NCBI RefSeq assembly: GCF_964355755.1
Contig: NC_092672.1
Span: forward strand, 21,217,237 to 21,281,236
Length of the DNA stretch: 64,000 nt
DNA from: Antedon mediterranea
Lineage: Eukaryota; Animalia; Echinodermata
Direction of reading: 5' to 3'
The notes under the pieces are model-generated. The model had not been told where the DNA came from and made no database searches. It was given only the letters and a program-made list of their open reading frames with translations. Both the position numbers and the translations under genes were made by a program. Shown here piece after piece: positions 14,675 through 28,148 of the stretch (positions are counted from its first letter, which is position 1; each line of letters starts with the position of its first letter).

Positions 14675-14851
14675 TGCAATGTCCGATATTATGTTTAATA
14701 TTATGTGATTCATTAACGAAAATAAATACAATGGACACCTCGTTTTGCCGTGTGTACTGGAGTGCTTTATTCACCAACAAATACATGAATCCACATCGGA
14801 TAGAGGGCGCTGTATCATTATTCTACATGATCATGAATACAATACATTACA
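14675..14851 (-). repeat. 5' LTR
   Basis: Direct repeat of 10181-10357 with a single T/C difference. Confidence 0.95.
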
Positions 14852-17800
14852 CTGCTACCACCCCTGTAAATAATTCTAAGCATGTGAAACAAAATACTGA
14901 TTATTGATTATTTGAAAGTGGATAATTTAAACACATAAAATATGTTGGTATCACATGGATGACACACACACACACACAGAGTGATATCACTTTGTTAGTT
15001 TTTCTGTCTTGTGCTGCTATTTGGTATTCTAGCTTTAAAGTTTAAAAAAAAATTAAGATAAAATGAGTTGAATATTTATTATTGAAATGAGTATTTATTA
15101 TTCAATTACATAATAAAAAATTAGTTTTGATAGCTGAATTCAATTAGCTTGGTGTTTATGAACATCTATTACTACATTAATACATAACTTGCTTGCTCAT
15201 CTTGATTGTGCTAAATACTTATGCTAGGGTTTTATTTCTAGATTTTTCGTCCTCTTTTAATACTATACAATCAAATATTTTAATGATGAGCTTATAGAAT
15301 AATAGGAGCTAAAGAGAACACTAAATATATTGTTAAAAGTGCCATAAGTAAAAAGTAATTATGTCGGATGAGTATCACCCTTCCTCATCATTACCTTGTC
15401 TTTAGTACCAAGATGGAAAACCAATAGGATGAGAAACTCGTTTCTCCCTACTGCAATGAGTCAATTCAATGAAACTTGGAAACATTGATCATTTTATGCT
15501 ATACCCTTACACACACCAATCTTGCTTGTATTTTGTATTTTAAACGATTTATTTTATCTGTATTTTACCAAATTTTAACATTTTTTAACTCATTTTTATA
15601 TCTTTATGTGAATTTTTAACTTGAACAAACAAAAATAATGTACATATTTTTCTGTGTTTGACCATGAATAAATGAATACTAGGCCGGTAATTTGTTTTAA
15701 ATAGTGAAGAGCAATGATATTAAAGGATGTAATATACATCCATTTTAGACCCATTTTTAGTTTTCCATAATACATTACAAGGGCCTATACATTTTATATT
15801 ACACAGTGCCCTCACTCATCATTTATTTTACTTTTTAAAATTTCTTTTTTTGTTCGCACTTTCAGTACCAGTGTACTGTTCAACAAAAACCAATGTACTT
15901 GACAGTGATTATTTTGCTTTTTATTAAAAGAAAGAAATTAACAAACACAAATAAAAAATAAAACTTGGTCTACTAAAATCCGTGAATAAGTGCATATATA
16001 TTAAAAGCTTTGGTTGCAGTGCAAGTTAGTTGACCAATAACCAGTAATTTGTTTAGTTTTGAGTAGGTGTACTGTAATAATATCATAGGCTATAAAACAT
16101 GTACATTTACTATCAACATTTATATCCTGATGAATTTCAACATTTCTTAAAAGCTAAATGGAACTTAGTCTACAACCTAGTTTTCCTGATAATATCTATC
16201 TGAGATCAAATTTTTTACACTTATTGATAGATTTGTTTGATAATAAAACAAAGGGATTGTCATTGGCAACCCTTATCACCATGGTTAGGAAAAGACTGAA
16301 TAACACAAATTGTTAAAGACTGTTCGTTTCATGTCCAGGATTTGAATTATTTATTTGTTATGCGGGGTAATTACTATTAGTCAATCAATGAATTCTACTA
16401 CAAATAGAAATATGTTGTAAATGCAATATTGTGGGCATGCAATGCATGTGGCGGGGCGTTTACTCAAGGAAATAGTCCAAATGATGTTCTATAGGGACGT
16501 AATATTCGTGGGGGATTATTCAAAAGAGGGTGTTTAATCAAATTGTCATCCATGCACCCTACCAGGTCCCCATCTCTGAAACCTATCAGCACCACAACCA
16601 CACAGGTTCAGTACATTTTCTAGTAAAAAGATCCCCACCTTCAATAACAACCCAGCAAATGGGCATTTGATATGGAAACACAATCTAAAATGTTTGTCAC
16701 CGAAGTTGAGCTTGAGTGACAGTCGATACTGAAACACACATGGAATTTGATTTAGTGATTTGAATAAAATAAATTTAATTAATTTCAAACAATGACAATT
16801 TATTTAATTTATTTAAAAATTGATATTAAAATATAAAGCATTTTGTTCATTTAATCTGGGGATGGTAATGGGGTAAAAAATAAATAATAATTTAAGTATA
16901 AGCTAGTAAAATAGTTTGTTTAGCAGAATTGCTATCGAAGTTTACTCAATAATATAGTTCTGCTGTTACCACTATTACATTCTTGAATGATTAATTAACA
17001 CCAAACATGTTGAGTGCTTTCTGCCTTTTTAGCTTACATACATTTTGCCATTTTGGTGCTTAATATCAGGTGAATAGTGGTAAAGTTGGCACCACATGCA
17101 GTTGATTGAAAGTATTAGTTAAATGTTCTTGATTTTAATTTCCAGGGCATGGACCTATAATCATTGATACAACCGAAGTATCATAACCCTTATCTATCTT
17201 ATCTAGTTTGTTAACTCTTCTCAAAATGATTTCACAAGGTTCTTCTAGATAGTGTAGTGTTTTTTCGTTTGTTTTTTTGATCACTTGCCTAATTTCAGGT
17301 CTTGAAATTTAAAAATGAATATTTGGTTGAAATAAATGAAAAAATGATGAAAATGAGAGCCTCTGTTTAGGCTGTACACTTTTATGCTTCAAACAGTATA
17401 GTTGTAAAACAAAATGGTAATGATAATGGTTTATTACATTTTATAGACTTGTTATTATGGCTACGTATGGCTGTGTATTAATTATATAAACAGTTTAATT
17501 TTCTATTAATACCAAACATGTTGGATAATCATTTGACTAATATCAAAACAATTTTAATATTTTAATAATATTATGCTTTTATAAATAATCATAATTTTAC
17601 TAAATAAAATACCAAAAAGTAATGAATATATTATTTAAAGTATTTATTATTCTAATGCACAACAAATTAGTTTTGCTTATTATTAGTCTGTGAATCTTTT
17701 TAGTTTCTTTGTAATAATAGTTATTTCTTGTTTATATTGTTTTAAAAGTATTTGTAGTAGAAAAATATTAGTTTAATATGTAGTATTTTTAATGATTTAA

Positions 17801-20427
17801 TTAACACAGTAGGCTGTGAATCATTTTAGTTGTATGCCTAATTACTGTAATAATATCACAAATTGTTCAATATTATCTTATAGTTTAAAAAGTATATACT
17901 AAAATTTAAGAAATTAAGACTCTTTGTACACATTTTGTACATCATTGATTTTTTATACCATTGCCACCGCATTTTCGTTCTTTGAAATACCCATGTTTAT
18001 ACTGTTATATACATTAATATCTTTCTTTTTTTAGTAAGTGCCCTCTATGTTTTGATATTTTCCTAAAATGTTATAGTGCATGCTATTAGTGTGGACATAC
18101 TATCATAAAACCTCTCAATATTTCATTTGTTCAAGTTGAGATGTCATACTTTAATTCATCGTTCACATCAGCAGTTGATTGAATGTAATGTTTAAATATT
18201 ATCTACTCAACAAAAATATGTTCCATTTGTATAATGTACAGTAAGCATTAAATAAACTTTACATTATTTTTTCTTTGCGTATCTAAATACCCTATAAAGT
18301 ATGAATACATATGTGGTTGATAACCATAATAAAATAAAATATAGATAAATTGGCCAGACAAATTGGTACGCATACTGGCCCACATCTTTCTGTTTCACTA
18401 CATTATACTGGTACTGCCAGTAACTGCTGCTGCTAATAACTTGATCAATTCCAATAAATCAGACAACAATGAATGCAAAAAGAATTTGTTTTACCATAAA
18501 AAAGACTTTCTGAGATAACAGTTTTAATTATTGTTCTTTCTTCATTAAATGATATTTTCTAAATTGATATTCTATTTAATAATTTAAGAAATAAAGATTT
18601 ATTATCAATTATTTTTGTTTAAAAATCAGTCGTAAACATTTTGTGTAACATAAATATAGTTTGAATTACTATAGACAATAGTACTATGCATATTCTGAGT
18701 GGCATTACTCCCTAAGGTTGGAGTGACCCACTCATACCCACAAACATTTAAGTGAACAAAACATATATAATTTTCCATGAGCCTTCATCGTACAACAGCC
18801 GCCGACAAACGTACTCACTAATCAAACAATTGTCATCTATACACACCCCATTCGGCAAAAATATTTGAACATTATTGATATACCTGATAGTATTATACTC
18901 GACCTCTACGTTGAAAGCTGCATAGATATCTCATAGACTCTCTGTGTACATACCCAGTTTGAGTTTACAAATTACCATTTAGACTTTATTCCCAGACTTG
19001 CTTTGAGGTATCCACATGCCCAGTCCATGGAGGTAAAAAATAAGTTTTTTTTTACCTCCATTCCCTCTCCATGTTTCCAAATACACATTTTTCAGCCTGA
19101 GTAAACTTGAAACATGTTTTCCGCCTTAGTAAACTATAAGCTTCCCCATGGTAAATGTTTCCCAATACTTTCGTCCTTTTGAATAACTGCCTAAAGGTGT
19201 GGCGCGAAAATTATTGTTTACTTTTTGAAAATTAACTTTTTTATTTATTTTATTTACTGAAGTATAAAAAATGTTGATGGGATAAGCAATGATTATGGAA
19301 CATACAGCACTTTATTTGTTTATTGGTATACTCCTGGTGAGCATGGTCTACTATGAAAGTTTTAGCCTCAGTGAATATTATTCACATCCTTTACACAATG
19401 TATCATTCCACTGTTTGTCTTCAGTGTTCATCAAAATAATATATTAATATTTATTAGCTTGTTATAAAATCATTAGTTGTAGGATTTATATAGATACTTT
19501 TTAGTTCAATCTGTTTTAAATGTCGGTATATATACATGTGAATAAATAATGTTTATTTCTTGGTATAATTACAGTATAATGATTTATTTCAAGTGATTTA
19601 TTTTTATTTCTTTGAATTAAAAAGAATAACAATTTTTATGAATTTGTTTTAATGTAAATGTTATTATTAATTTTATTAAGTATATAATATAAAAGAAATA
19701 ATAAAGATCTTAAAATCTATTAAACTGTATAAATGTTAAGTTTGCATTTCTTATGTACTGTATTGATTTTCAGATTCAATATTTTTCATATTGATATGAT
19801 TTGTTAGGTTGTTGGTATTCAGGCAACAGCCAAACCTTTACCCATTTTAATTCTCTGACAGGCTTGAGCTATCCAATTAAATTGTCCATCAGATTAAACT
19901 CAAGATTAACATTGTTAATGTTACAATCAATATTTAGACTAATATGCTACACTTGCAAGAACTTGTACTAGCTAAACTCCACCACCACACCATAGAGCAA
20001 TGAACTATTTCTTTGCTCTATCATCACATAAAGGATAATTAACATAATGAAGTTACTTAAACATGCCCCTGAAAGTAAAAGTTTGTATGCCAAACCTTCA
20101 TTAATTTTATATTTAAAAAAATTTATATAAATAAAACTAAAATGTGATTGATAATTTAAATACCAGCAACAACATTTTGACATTAAAATTGAAATAATAC
20201 AAAATTGTATAAAAGTATATAACATAATTATCATATTAATAAAAAATTGTATACAAAAGTAGAAATCAAATTCTGAAAACTAATTTGACTTGGTTGCATT
20301 GCATATGATGATGCAGTAAATAGTTGCAAATTGATTTTTGTAAAGTAACACTCGGTATAAATTACATAACAAATGAATATGTGCAACTGTAAGATATAAC
20401 CAATATTGTATGTATTTCATATTATAG

Positions 20428-20526
20428 AATGGTTGGACAGCTTTGCATTATCCAGCAGCCAATGGAGTGACAGCTTGTTGCAGCCTGCTGTTGAATGCAG
20501 GAGCAGATGTCAATCTATCAAACAAT
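20428..20526 (+). CDS. Host ankyrin-repeat exon (one 33-aa repeat)
   Basis: attatag|99 bp|gtaagt, phase 0; NGWTALHYPAANGVTACCSLLLNAGADVNLSNN. Confidence 0.88.
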
Positions 20527-20577
20527 GTAAGTCATCTTCATTATTATTCATTTTCATTTTTAAATATATAACATTTT

Positions 20578-23548
20578 ATTAGGTGATCATTTAGAATAAA
20601 ATGATCACCTATTGTTATTGTATGCAATCTTTGTTATTAGTTATCCGCATTCAGCGGATAACTCCTTGTAACTGTCCTGTTTCATCTTCTTTTTTTTCTG
20701 TATTTTTCTTTCTTTCTGTCATTTTTGTGCAGAGCGTATCTCTAAAACATGTAAACATAACATTTCAGAACTTTGTCAACATATGGGCATTCGCGTGAAG
20801 TTGTGCACCTCTTATTGTGAATGACGTCAGAGTTACGCAACATGACTTACGCGCGTTTTTACGTTTTTCGCGTATTTAACATAGATCGAAAACCATATAA
20901 CAATTTCAAATGAAACTTAGCATAAGTTTAATTTATATCATGCGCTAACTTTATGTGTAAAAAAAATGACATGTTTCACACGAAGTTACGCGCGCACGCG
21001 CGTTTAAAATTTTTAAACAATTTCGACTTAAAATCACGTAATACGGGCACGTAGAATTGGATAATTTTCGCGAGTTTTTGATGAAAAAGTTAAAAAATTC
21101 GTCAAAATTTGTCAAAATTATGCCTTTTTTTAAACAGTCGTAATTTCTAAACTGGACGGTCAATTTTTTGTGGATGACATATTCTTGAAGTTGATGAGTG
21201 ATAGATATCGGATCATGTATTAATATGGCTAACCGGACATTGTGACGTCATCGTATGGCCACGCGTATCTAAAATATAGGATTTTTGTATCTTTCGTCGT
21301 AGCTCATCACATTTAATAGAGCGCATCTCTACTTATCCGTTTTCCATTTTCACCCTGATTGTGATATTGTCTAGATCAATCAACTATCTTTCGCATGAAT
21401 TAAAACTATTTTAATTTTTATTACGTCATCATGTCTAAAAACGTAAATAACGTGGGTCAATTATTTTCATCTTTACAGTAAATTTCAATCTGTTATAGCT
21501 CGTCAGAACAAAAAGTGATAATCATGATTAAAATGTTTCCTGGAAGCTATTGGATTGTAGATACGAATTCATGTGAACATTTTTGCAATCCGACGTTGTG
21601 ATGTCATCATATGGCCAGTTGAATAATAAAAGTCGTATTTTCATATTTTGCGTAATAGTTCATCACATTTAAAAGGGCGCGCATCTATATTTTACGTATT
21701 CAAATTTCTTCTACACGGTAATATGTGATTGCTGAGATAATGTCCTTCCGAAATTGCTATCTTAGTGTTTCATTTTGATACCGTCGCCATGTTAAAAATA
21801 AGAATAAACGGGGGGTCCCGTAATTTCACCTATTCTACACTGTATGTAACATGTATACAGATTATACCGTTTGCACTGTATATACTATATGACACAAAAT
21901 TGACAGAATTCAGCACTAACAGCATATGATACTCTTCAGTTCAGGTCATATTGCCATAATCTTTTTCCGTGTACAAAATTCCAACGTATGACGTGCGCGT
22001 GGCGTTTGTCGTGCGGATAACTAACTCGTCAAAGTGACGAGTTACATGTCTAGTTATTATTTATTACTTTCTGTACAGATTTTGTGTAACAGATATCTCA
22101 AAAAGTTTAATGTCAATGATTACCAAAATTTCACAATGTCTTTCAAATACTTTAACTTTAACTAACTTTTCACCGTGACGTAATTTATACGCCATTTTGT
22201 GAAATCACATTATCAATCATATCTCCATAATTAATTATCACATATTAATGTAACTCACTAAACGTAAACTTCAGGTCAATTGTAAAAATATTAGCAAATA
22301 AAAACGCACGCACACGTAGGGTTATGCGCGTGAAATTGCGCTTTAAAAATTTAAAAACCTCAAAATTAAGTTTTGATCAATTTAGAGCATGATTTTAGAG
22401 AGCCATTTGCGTGTTTCAGAAAATTACTGCGCAAAAAAAAATTTTTGAGCGCGCGATACTTAAAAAGCGTAAAAAATACGATTTTTTTTTTACAAATCGC
22501 ATTCTACTCACCATCTTTAGTACATTCACCAAATTTGAGTCAGTTCCGATATAAAATAACGCTATACGAGCAGGTTCAAAATGACAAAATGCGCAAATTA
22601 ATTGCATCAAAGTGTTGAAAATCGTGAAAAATAAGGCATTTTAGAAATGAAAATAATTCTTCAGAATGCACGATGACCCCCAATTTTTTTAACTTTTTCT
22701 GGAAGCCGTTGAGTTGTAGATATGAATTCATGTACATATTTTACGTACAAAATGTGTTTACGTCATCAAATGGCCACTTGAATTTAAAATTAAGTTATTT
22801 TTTTCTTTTGTCATTCTTTTTCACATTCAATAGAAGGCATCTCTGTTATTTTGTGCCCGGTTTTCGCTCAATTTTCAGTATGTGATTGCTCAATTAATTG
22901 ACTTTCTTATGACTTGCCACTACTTTTATTTTGATGACGTCATCACGCGTAAAAACTTGATTAACATAGGTCGTGTAATTTCACCTTCACCGTAAATTTG
23001 AATATCTTACAGCTCTTCAGAATTAAAGGTTACCTTGATGATTATAATTTATTATGAAAGCTGATGAAATGTAGATATGAATTCATACAAAAATCAAGCC
23101 TATTGGATGTTGTGACGTTAAGATTATGGCCAGTTGAAGTTAAAAAGTAGTATTTTCATCTTTTTCGTAAAAGTTATACAAATTTCAAAGAGCGCGTACA
23201 GCGCTTCTACGTGCCAAATTTTCTTCCAATTCTTATATTTATTTGCTCAATTCATTATATTTCGAAATTGTCATCTTTGAGTTTATTTTGATAATTCCAT
23301 CATACCACAAAAAATGGAACATATGCTACACTGTATATACTGTAGATATACAGTACAGTATATACTGTACATAATGTATTGGCATATAATAGGCACAACT
23401 CAGCACTATAAGCGTATAATAGGATGGCATACATCAACATTTTTCGATTGTATGTTAACGTACGTGCATGTTTAAAAAAATATTAATGTCAATAAAATGA
23501 TAAAAATTATCACCTATAATTCGTCAAAGTGACGAATTAAATTCTAGT
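20578..23548 (+). mobile_element. Helentron-associated (HINE/DINE-like) non-autonomous element, outer
   Basis: 5' palindrome AGGTGATCATTT..AAATGATCACCT; 3' subterminal inverted copy ATCACCTA, stem-loop AATTCGTCAAAGTGACGAATT and terminal CTAGT. Confidence 0.6.
20635..22054 (+). mobile_element. Related Helentron-like element nested in the outer one
   Basis: 5' TAGTTATCCGC..GCGGATAACT; 3' TGCGGATAACTA + AACTCGTCAAAGTGACGAGTT + CTAGT; internal sequence resembles 22060-23550. Confidence 0.6.
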
Positions 23549-24612
23549 TTTTTAATTATAATGGTCTTTTGGGTAATAATATTTAATGTATAAAACTTCA
23601 TTGATGCTGAAATTGGCATACAGTAATTTGAAGTTATTCAATATATTTTTTTTTTATATTTAGTCATAAAAATTGCTATGACACTACATTAACATTTTGT
23701 CATGTATTTCCATTGAACAATTAAAACAATGAAAATGATAGTGTCAATTTTACTTAACTAAACTACAGCAACATGCTATGCACAATTGAAATATATCTTT
23801 ATTCCAAAGTGTTGATATACAGTAATTTAAACAGTATTATGAACACTACAACTTCACAAAATTTCAATTTTTCTTTAGATCATTATGATTTTGTATATCA
23901 TAAAAGTTCATTTTTTAACAATATTTTTTAATAACTTTTGAAACACTATGATTCTACCTGTATATCACATAGAAATACAAATGATCAAAGATGCTAGTTG
24001 ATAGACATATAGACTGTATTCATTTACTTTATAATTATCATCATACTCATTTGCCATACTCTCTTTTATTCCTTTCAACAACATCACCACCAACTCCAAC
24101 CACCTACTGGTTTTAGTCACCAAGGATGATGATGCAGAATTTGGTTGAGCGCTAAAGTGATCTTTTATACACACCCACATTATAGTTCTTTTTTATTAGG
24201 TTGTAATTAATTATTTTTTCCATACAATATAAGATACAGATTGTATATCTGCCACTTATCTTTTATCTATCTTTATTTATTCTTTCTTTATACTCAGAAT
24301 AACTTTTTTAAAGTGACACATCTAAAAACAACAATAAAACTGAAATAGTGGTACAAATATAATTTGTTTATTTACCGTACCTAGGTTTTAACAAATCACC
24401 TTACATAATAATTACAGTATCAAACCACCATTACAATGTCATACAAAATTTGTAAAAATAAACAAATCATCATTAGCATAACTAGGTGCAATATTTTTAG
24501 TCTATTGAAAAAAATGTTTCTTTCTTAAACATTTATTTAAATATACATACACGTCACATAGTAAATTATAGTTAACAAAAAATAGTGACATTGTTTAACA
24601 CTAAATAACTAA

Positions 24613-26060
24613 AGCCTGGTTTCCTGTCGACATAAGAACATCACTTTTGTTGCGACTACGTCGATTTGTCGTAAGAAATGCGGATTTTACAGGAAACCGA
24701 TTACGATCGAAAATTTATAAAATCGACGCAACGTAAGAAAAATGGTAACGACAAACGATTTTACAGGAAACCGATGACCTAACAATTGTTGCGTTACGCT
24801 TGAATGAACGCCCTTGCGTCACGTTTCTTACGTCTCTTACGAAAGTTGACTTGAAGTCAACTTTCGCAAGAGACGTAAGCGCAATTGTAACAAGCAACCA
24901 ATGACCGACAAGAGTTATGACGTAATGTGTATGACCTTATAGTGAAATAAAGCCGGACAATAACATTTGTATGTATTTACTACTGTATTTTAGCCCACTT
25001 TACGATGTTGTACATACTTTACAAATGCACAGTAGTTTCAATATAATAATGTTCTAATCAGGGAGTTTACAACTCATATCAAAATGTAATACTCCTATTT
25101 ATGGACGTGCAATAAACAATCAGCATTTCAAAGAAACCGACATTCTTCTGTTCTATTTGTCGGTAGAAACGTCGCGAAAAGTGAATATTTTCAACAAGAT
25201 AAGATATAGAAAGCCCCTTTGTAAGCAATATAATATTATTATGTAACTTTAAAAAAAAATGTTTGCTTGATTTTGTATAATTTATATTGTTTTGTTAAAT
25301 TTATTATTATTATAGGCCTGTAAATAATGGGTATCTTACTGCGGTAGTAGGCCTACTATCTCATGCTCGATTAGAGTATGCCTGGGCCCACAGGCCAAGG
25401 CCTAGCCTAGGGCCTAGGTAGGTCTAATAATAATAGGAATCCCGAAATGATTTGCTTTTTTTAAATTTTGAAAACAGTTTAAGGCTAGGCCTAGAGGGCC
25501 AGGATAATTCATTTATATTTTGATTCATACAATAGTACAAAGGCCTACTAGCATAGGCTCCTAGGCTAGTTTGATTAGATTTTGGTCAAATCAATTCCTA
25601 TTAGTACAGTATTAAATTAGTATTATTACTAATACTAAGGGCCTAGCCTATCTACTAAAAATAATATGTTGGTGTGCTGCACTGACACTGCTGTTGAGTA
25701 GCTACAGGTACAATAACATCATTCAACATTTCTCGCGAAAAATGATAAAATCCGCTCTAAAAAGAAACACTCAATCAGAGATGTTTTTCAAATACGTCAT
25801 AAATCTGACCGACGTAAGAAAAAAATTTCAACTTTCGTAACAACACTAAAATCGACGTAAGCATACGACGTGTGTTTCACAGCCAACATTTCAACTTTCG
25901 GGAGCAGCATAACTACAGATGTTTCTCTGCGGCCCGATACGATCTTGACTAACGTCAACGACGTCCATTTTTTCTCAACTTTCGTAAGAGACGTAAGAAA
26001 CGTATGAAACGCAAGAATCGTTGCAAAATTCGACTTCTTACGTCGACAGGAAACCAGCCT
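24613..26060. mobile_element. PIF/Harbinger-like non-autonomous DNA transposon
   Basis: TIR AGCCTGGTTTCCTGTCGAC(A)TAAGAA / TTCTTACGTCGACAGGAAACCAGCCT, TSD TAA (24610-24612, 26061-26063), subterminal ACGTAAG repeats. Confidence 0.8.
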
Positions 26061-26111
26061 TAAGAAACACAAGAAACCAGCTGAACTAGACTTAAATGTT
26101 CATACAAACAT

Positions 26112-27270
26112 AGTAGTATAGTTCCCCGTTCAGTCCAATGAATAATTCATAAATTAATTAATGAATATTAATATATTAATTATGAGTGTACTATTTATGA
26201 ATAATTAATTAGGGGGTAGTTTTATGAATATTTAATAATTAAAATGGTATTATTTTTTAATAAATGAATAAATTAATTTGTTTAGCGATCTCAGTCCAAT
26301 GAAGAAGTAATAAGATATTTTAATATTCATGAATATTAATATATTTTTATTAATATGAGGGGTGTTTTAATGAATAATTAGTAAATGAGTGATAGTTTTA
26401 CGTATAATTTTTAAACGTAATACATGTATTACATGATGTTTAAATAAATATTTACATTTAAATATTAAAGACAATGTGCTTACCTTCATTGAGAAGTCTA
26501 ATGTACAGTTTAATGAATAAAATCCACAAGTTTAATCAGCTTTGATTACTGTTTTTTATGTTTGTATAAGGAATCATAACATCAATTCGCTGTCTTTCCA
26601 TGGAATTAGTTTACATGTGAGGCGTGGACAGGTCATTTTTTGTAATTCTGTGATTTTAGCGGGTATGTGACGTCATCCGGCAATGAACCAATAAGATTCC
26701 TTATAAGCATAATGCTAATGAAATTAGAATTCGTTGTCCTTGTTGAGATATTCAAAGATATTAAAAGTTATTTAATTATTTTATTAGTTTTTTATCCTTT
26801 TGTTTTTTCGTTTAGTTAAATAACCGCATTATTTTTTAAGGGTATTCCTTCAATATATAAAGATGGTAATAAATAAATAAATAAATAAAAATTAAAAATA
26901 ATGTGCTTACCTTCATTGAGAAGTCTGATATTATAGTATATTTTAATGAATAAAATCTACAAGTTTAATCAGCTTTGATTGCTGCTTTTTTTATATGTTT
27001 GTAAAAGAACAAAATCATAACATCAATCCGCTGTCTATTTTTTCAAATCCTGTGATTTTAGAGGGTATGTGACGTCATCAGGCAATGAACCAATAAGATT
27101 CCTTATAAACATAGCGCTAATGAATTAATCTACCAATCATAATTCGTTGTTTTTGTAAGCGTAGCGATCTCAGTCCAATGAATAAGTAATGAGATGTTTT
27201 AATATTCGATCGTGAATATTAATATATTTTTATTAATATGAGAGTGTTTTAACGAATACTTAGTAATTGC
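26112..27270 (+). promoter_or_regulatory. Terminal origin/enhancer-like repeat region (mirror at 37599-38757)
   Basis: TCAGTCCAATGAA x3 (~26130, 26291, 27170); duplicated block ~26473-26725 / 26900-27125, each with TGACGTCA, CCAAT and TTATAA; many ATGAATAT/AATT motifs. Confidence 0.6.
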
Positions 27271-27455
27271 GTTGGTATTTATTCTATGAATTATTGAATT
27301 AAGTATGATATATGTAAATTGTTTTATTTTTAACACGGTACCTGATTTACTATATATATATACAGATTGTTAATTTGAAAACAGTACAGTTTTTCTGCTT
27401 TAGATTTTTAACATTTAGTCATCTGTTCTTTATCCTGCTGTTATTATCTATCAGG

Positions 27456-28148
27456 ATGAATTCTACTCAAAATCAATCCGGTAGTAAGAGAGTTTTTTCT
27501 TCTTCAAAAGGACAGAGTCCTGTATCTAATCGAGTAAAGATACACAAAGTTTCACATCAACACGGCACAGCAGTACCTTCAAATTGTATGACGTTTTTAA
27601 TGGCGATTCAACCTCCACCTCCAATGAACGTTGATTTCAATAATGTATCTAATACTGAAGAAGACGAACATTATAGATCGAGAATAATTTCTGAAGAGGA
27701 GAGGATTGTATACGACGACACGTCATCGGTAGTTGACTACCACCTATTTCTGGCAAGAAAATCCGATGTAGAAGATGAGGTAGAAGATGAGGTGTTTGCA
27801 GAAGAGTACCTGAACCCTGTGCTGGAGGCGGAGATTAAGAAAGAAACTACCGAACTTGAGTACAAAGAAATAATGAGAACAATTGAGAAGGTTTTCATAG
27901 AAGAATTTATATTCATTCTGAAGGACATGGTTGAACGTTATAACTTTCACGGCTCAAGATATGAACAACTCTTAACATTTTTTCGACCAATTCTGGCATT
28001 GAAACTTGTGGACAATAGCGCTACCCATTTTGAATGGGCGCTAAACTACTTTCATTTACGTTGTATCAATGTTGATGCGTTCGATAAAGCCATAAAGTTG
28101 ATTACAAATGATTCAGAGCTTTTTAATAAGATTCTTTACCAATTGTAA
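27456..28148 (+). CDS. Orphan 230-aa protein: S-rich N-terminus, PPPP, acidic middle, helical C-terminus (left arm)
   Basis: Uninterrupted ORF in very AT-rich DNA with natural composition; first ATG at 27456 (track start 27375 is TTG); AATAAA downstream at ~28280. Confidence 0.7.
   Translation: MNSTQNQSGSKRVFSSSKGQSPVSNRVKIHKVSHQHGTAVPSNCMTFLMAIQPPPPMNVDFNNVSNTEEDEHYRSRIISEEERIVYDDTSSVVDYHLFLARKSDVEDEVEDEVFAEEYLNPVLEAEIKKETTELEYKEIMRTIEKVFIEEFIFILKDMVERYNFHGSRYEQLLTFFRPILALKLVDNSATHFEWALNYFHLRCINVDAFDKAIKLITNDSELFNKILYQL

Larger units (their letters stand above)
10181..14851 (-). mobile_element. Full-length Ty3/Gypsy LTR retrotransposon (Mag-like), coding-defective
   Basis: 177-bp LTRs (TG...CA) with one mismatch; 4-bp TSD CTGC (10177-10180, 14852-14855); PBS; PPT; gag-PR-RT-RH-IN domain order. 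Confidence 0.96.
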
